Below are positions 59,219-64,000 of a stretch of 64,000 nt of DNA, piece after piece; position 1 is the stretch's first letter; each line of letters begins with the position of its first letter. The translations under genes and the position numbers were made by a program. Under the pieces are notes generated by a model. The model ran no database searches. It was not told the origin of the DNA and saw only the letters and a program-made list of their open reading frames with translations. The stretch spans positions 492,025 to 556,024 of the forward strand of contig QPMI01000520.1 in assembly GCA_004431415.1 (NCBI GenBank), read 5' to 3'. Source of the stretch: Cyanophora paradoxa CCMP329. Taxonomy: Eukaryota > Plantae > Glaucophyta.

Positions 59219-61612
59219 GTGCAATGGCTCGCCTTCGAAGGCTGTGCTGCTGCCGCCTCAGCTGCAGCGGAGAAGACGGACAGCGTGCTCGAGAAGAAGA
59301 AGTCTGCCGTAGGCGCGTCACCGTCGAAGCCTGAGATCGGCGAGTCAGCCGGCAAGTCACAACTCCCTGACATCGACCCGAGCTCGAGTCGGAGTCACCG
59401 CGGTGCCCAGCAAGCCGGTGGCGGCACGGCGCAGGTTGCGCTGACGGGGGTGCGTCTGCATTTAATCGCTCGCCGAGGCGACATGATCCGGAATTTAGCT
59501 GACGGTCAATGCATAAACAGGATGAACGCTGCGCGCTCCATCGGAAGGAGCAGCCGCAGCTGCTGCTCCGGAGGCGGGGCCGTCACGCACTCGAATGGCG
59601 GCTTGTACACTGCTGACGTTGACAAAGTTACGCAGTCCAAGATTGCGCAAACATTGTTTAAAAAATGTTACGCTGAATTCCGACGCCGCGTAGGTCCGGA
59701 GCTCTCACGGCAAATGGCGCGCCTAAGGAAAATGTGATGCTGTCGTACGTGGTCCACCCCTCATTAGGCCCCATCCGTGATAATCGTCGGAAAATCTGAT
59801 ATCTTGCAGGCCCGTCAAGAAGATGATCGTGAATGTGGGCGCACGTTCACGGAAATGAAGGAGGGAGAGACTTTAATGGCGTCGTGCGGATCGCGAACAT
59901 GCACACCATCACTGGAAGACTGGAGGCGATACCATCCGTGCTACACTGGAAGATGAGGTGCGCAATGACGTTAAGCCGAACGGGGCAGGGACTTTGCCGT
60001 CGGAGCTTACGCAAGGCAGCTTGGGGACAAAGTGCCGCTCCGTATATTCACCGAGCCAGGTAAAAAATTCGAAGGGAGATACTCTCATCGATCAAGTGAA
60101 CAAAATAACCGAACAACTGAACATGAGCTGCAACACGGACGAAATGGTGAGTTGCACTTTACGTGTTACTCTAACGGGATATATCAGGATACTGACAAAG
60201 ATCACATGAAACAGTACCTGAAATGCAAGCTCCAAAAATGCTCGGCATCTGGTGAAGGGGACTGCGACTGAAAAGATGGCTTGGCCATGACGCGAGACCG
60301 CAATCTGGCAAGGAGATCCAGATCAACTCTGGAATGCAGGTCTAATCATATTCGAATCAGTGCATGAGGAGGTCGGTCACTCTGATTTTATTGTTTGTTC
60401 GATACCATATACGCACGCCGTGACCAATTCCCGTGCGCTAGGACTCACGTCTCAGCGGGCTTCCCCATAAAATTATGAACATGGATCGCACGTCATTCGT
60501 CATGATGCGTTACGACATCGTGTCCGATTTCAAGGCCGCCGCAGTGGACTACATGAATGTCAACAAACAGTGCGACTCAAACAGGTTCAGCGAAGTGCGT
60601 CAAATGTAATCTGAAGAAAATGGATAAGATTCCATAGTCGTCATATTGCGCCTTATCTTTATAGCAGACAATGTCATTGCGTTATCAAGGAGGAAGAGAC
60701 GGATACGTGTGCATGGATAAGCTTGGATTAAGGTGTCAGCTCGTTTCGGAGTGAACGCGAAGGTTGAATACGTTGGTGTGCTGTTCGACAACACAGCACG
60801 ATGGGGTTGCAGACATCATCGTTTCGTTCGCGGAGGTGCGGCAGCTATAACATGGATTTTTACAGAAGGAATCAGGATTAACTCGTACGACGTGCGTGCA
60901 GTTCAAATTCGAGAGACCCTCCGGCACGCCGAACCGAACTGTGGTTTGGCTACTTCTCCGATGTGATGGGGCTTGCGGAATACGAGGAGAAAAGAAGACC
61001 CTGCCGGCAGGGTTTGCCACCAAGTCAATCAAAATTCCGGATGTGAATGCTCGCTTGCATGCATCTGTACCGTTCGGAAATGCGTCAACCGACTTGGTGC
61101 GAGAGTCCTGCCAATCTGGTTATAGACTGTATACTCATTTCGTACAGCACTTTTCGGCCGGGTACGGGTGGTAGTGCCCCGACAGGGAGCGTCCCTCTTC
61201 TTGGCGGCTGCTGGACAAATGTCTGCACCGATGGGAAGTCCTGTCAAGTCGGGAATAGAGCTCAGGAACGGGAGCGAATGGAGCTCAAGTCGGCCGATGG
61301 CAGTTTCAGCAATGCACATGCCAATGCAGTCGTGCATGAGCTTGAAGGAAAATCCGTTCGCGGTCACTCTGCGAACGCACCGGAAGTGAGGCATCTTCCC
61401 AAACCGGGACTGGTGAGCGCGAGGTACAGACCTACGCAATCATGCGCAGCTCATACGTCACGTTACAGCTAAGCCTATCGATGGCGCAGGCAACCATCGC
61501 AAAGCGTAAGAAGAGAGGGAACGACAGAGCCAAGACTTCGAAGAAACAGAAAAGCGAAGACGTGGAGGAGGAGGCGGAGGAGGACGATGACGAAGGCGAG
61601 GATGAGAATTAA
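59219..61612 (+). CDS. Intron-containing hypothetical gene, possibly degraded
   Basis: Exon-like ORFs with short introns; ends KRKKRG..KKQKSEDVEEEAEEDDDEGEDEN* (NLS-like plus acidic tail). Confidence 0.35.
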
Positions 61613-61970
61613 AGCGAACGATACTCGACACAGCTCCGATCTATTTACTTCCATGGGGGTTTTTAATTTGAGACCATTTGGCCTGTACAGCAAAGTGGTT
61701 CACGGGTAGTAACTGGGTAGCAAGTATGTAAGCAGTGAGAGTGTTTTTGTACAGCAATTCGCGTCACACACGAGATAAAGAGTGTACTTGAATATAGATA
61801 CAGTTTCATGCAACAGAAACAGTAGAGCAGTCCATGCTTCCTGGACAAGACATGGAAATCTAGGGGCCTATGGATGGCCCGGCGCAGAAGGCGCCACGGC
61901 ATTTGCGATCAGCGGCGAGATTGCGATGATCAGGGGTTGAGATAATGCTAAATTTTCAATTAATATCGCA

Positions 61971-64000
61971 CTAACATACATGTGAACCCGCTACGGAGTA
62001 CGCTGCGGAAGTCGCAGTAATGGCTCGGGGATGCGAATGAGGGCTGTCGCCCCGCCCCGAGTGCCCACGGCAATCTGAGGGACGGTCATCGCACAGCGCA
62101 AGGGGGTGAGGCTGTCGATGGGCATGTACCAATCCAGGTTGTTTTGGAGAAGCAGCTAGGCAAGTGACGGCATGGACAACTATGGGTACAGGATGCGCAT
62201 CTGGGGAGCCGCTGATGGCATGGGTTCCAAGGTAGGGACGGAGGAGAGCCCGGAGACTGAGCTTGAGGACAGGATGGTCGAGCTGGCCCAGTGGCAATGT
62301 CCAGACGATGTCAGCGGGGCCCGGCGTGAGGTCATAGATAAGGAGGTACTGGCCACCCCTTGAACGGGTGGCGATGACGAAAAGAGCCCCAGCATTGGCA
62401 GAAAGGGCGGACGCATTAAATCGGGCGTACGCCCTGGGCAGCGGAGCAACGTGAACGGCCTCGAGAACCATGGGGGCAGAGCCAGAGCCAGCAGGCATCG
62501 GGCGCAGGCGGACGAGCGCGAGGCGATCCTCCAGGGTAACAATCACGAGTTGGGCAAGCCGCCGCTCCTCCTCAGGGTAATCTACAGGGGGCAGGCCGAA
62601 TGGAAGCGGCGGCGGAGGCGGCGGGCCCCCGGGGCGCCGCGGCAGCGCCGGTGCCGGCGGCGTGCGCCGCGCTGGGTCGAAGCCTTGCAAGAAGAAATGC
62701 ACACCTGCACCCCAACGCTTCAATGGCCGGCGGGGTGAGCGCGGCTTGCACCACCGCGGCGCTTACCCCCGGGGACAATGCGGGCCGTGGAGCCAGGGGT
62801 GGCGGTATCCGCGAGATCTAGAGACGCCAGCACTACCGCGCAACCTCATCACAGGCTGCGCTGATCTGGGAGATGAGTGACGGGCGAACCACAATTCGGT
62901 GTGGGTCCATCGGGGGGCTGCGCGTTGAGCAACTCGGCGGAGGGCAAAAAGAGTGCCTGGATACATCTGCAGGCCCTCTGGTGCGTTTGCGGGAGCAGCC
63001 CAACAAATGAGGGGGCGGCGTGCACGTTCCAGAGCCAGCAAAGGTGCAGTAGATCCAGCGCCCTTCCGCGGTAGGGTCGTGTGTAGAGGCGTCCAACGGG
63101 GCAGGGCGGAGCGCCGGGATGCCTGGATTTGCCCACCAAGCGGAAGAGGGGGCCCGGCAGACGGTGGGAATAACCGCTGAGACAGGCAGAGGGTTCGAGT
63201 CGCCGCCAGCAGTGCACTCCACCACCGGCCGCCGGCTCTTCAAGTTCGATATCCTCAAGCGGCCTGTCTGCGCAGGGAGATCAGGGGACAGCTATTGAGT
63301 CGGCACGGCGACAAGGACGGCAGTGCGCCTGGGTGCCAACAATCACGATGTTATTGTCGTGGAGGCTGAAGGTGATGGCGGTCGGCCACTGGGTTATCGC
63401 TAGGTCCTTCGGCATCGCCCCTCATCAATCCAAACCGTTCCCAGCGCGCGTGCCGTCCGTACACACTGACCAGGTAGTGTTACAGAGCGTACATTCGAGA
63501 GTACGGAGGCGGGGCGCGGGGGTACCTGAAGAGGTAACCTGCGGTGCCAAGGGAGGCGAGCATGTACGCGTCGTTCTGCGCCAGCGTCGATGCCGAATAG
63601 CGAGACATCCTGCATGCAGGCAGGCGCGCGCACGCGAGAGACGGCAAGGGTAGGGAGGGCGTGGGCCGCCCGATTCGATCCAACGCGATGCAGCGCATCC
63701 GGCGGCAGCTCCAGAGAGTGCGTGAACATCAGTGGCACCGCCACGGCCAGAGCACCATGCGCTCCGGTAACCTCGGTCGACCCTTGCGATTCTCCACCTT
63801 CTGATGGCTGCAGCTGAGGTGCCACTGCCGGCGCCGCACCTGCCCCACCTGGAACGGCGCCCACCGCGGCGGCGCCAAGGGGGGGGGAGGGTGCCACTGC
63901 CTCAGCCCCGCCGAGGGCCGCACCAGGGACCGCTCCGCCTGGGCCAGGGGCGTGTGCAGACTGAGGCACGGGAGATCATTGGCCCACGGGGACAGGCGAG
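61971..64000 (-). CDS. GC-rich hypothetical gene, partial (5' end outside the window)
   Basis: Overlapping long minus-strand ORFs with a Pro-rich tract and beta-propeller-like segments (YLLIYDL, WTLPL). Confidence 0.35.

Noticed and set aside
61860-61920. Terminal inverted repeat matching ~40790-40830 to close the island
   Set aside because: Similarity is limited to a few short GC-rich words and is not convincing.

Overview
Eukaryotic genomic DNA from a GC-rich protist or alga with short GT-AG introns, in three parts. (1) 1 to ~21,850 is an AT-richer, intronless endogenous Polinton-like virus (PLV) that runs off the left edge. It encodes a Polinton-type family B DNA polymerase (not in the ORF track) with degenerate exonuclease motifs, a RING protein, a prim-pol/SF3 helicase, an A32-like packaging ATPase and a probable double-jelly-roll major capsid protein. 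It also has two head-to-head penton-like genes, ~8 kb of frameshifted phage-tail-fibre-like genes, and three direct copies of an AACTACGC-iteron palindrome. (2) ~21,850-40,800 is host DNA with intron-rich genes (including an (SP)n surface protein) and two CCGT-ended TIR elements. It shows a pervasive signature in which a trinucleotide X becomes X-revcomp(X)-X through a 6-bp palindromic insertion, visible by aligning local repeat copies. (3) ~40,800-64,000 is a gene-dense block largely free of that signature. It carries a divergent histone H3 variant, a tandem SUMO-like protein, a nucleotidyltransferase, an F-box/LRR protein, a ZnF/SAM protein and an orphan paralog pair. All product calls come from manual translation and recalled motifs; no database searches were run.
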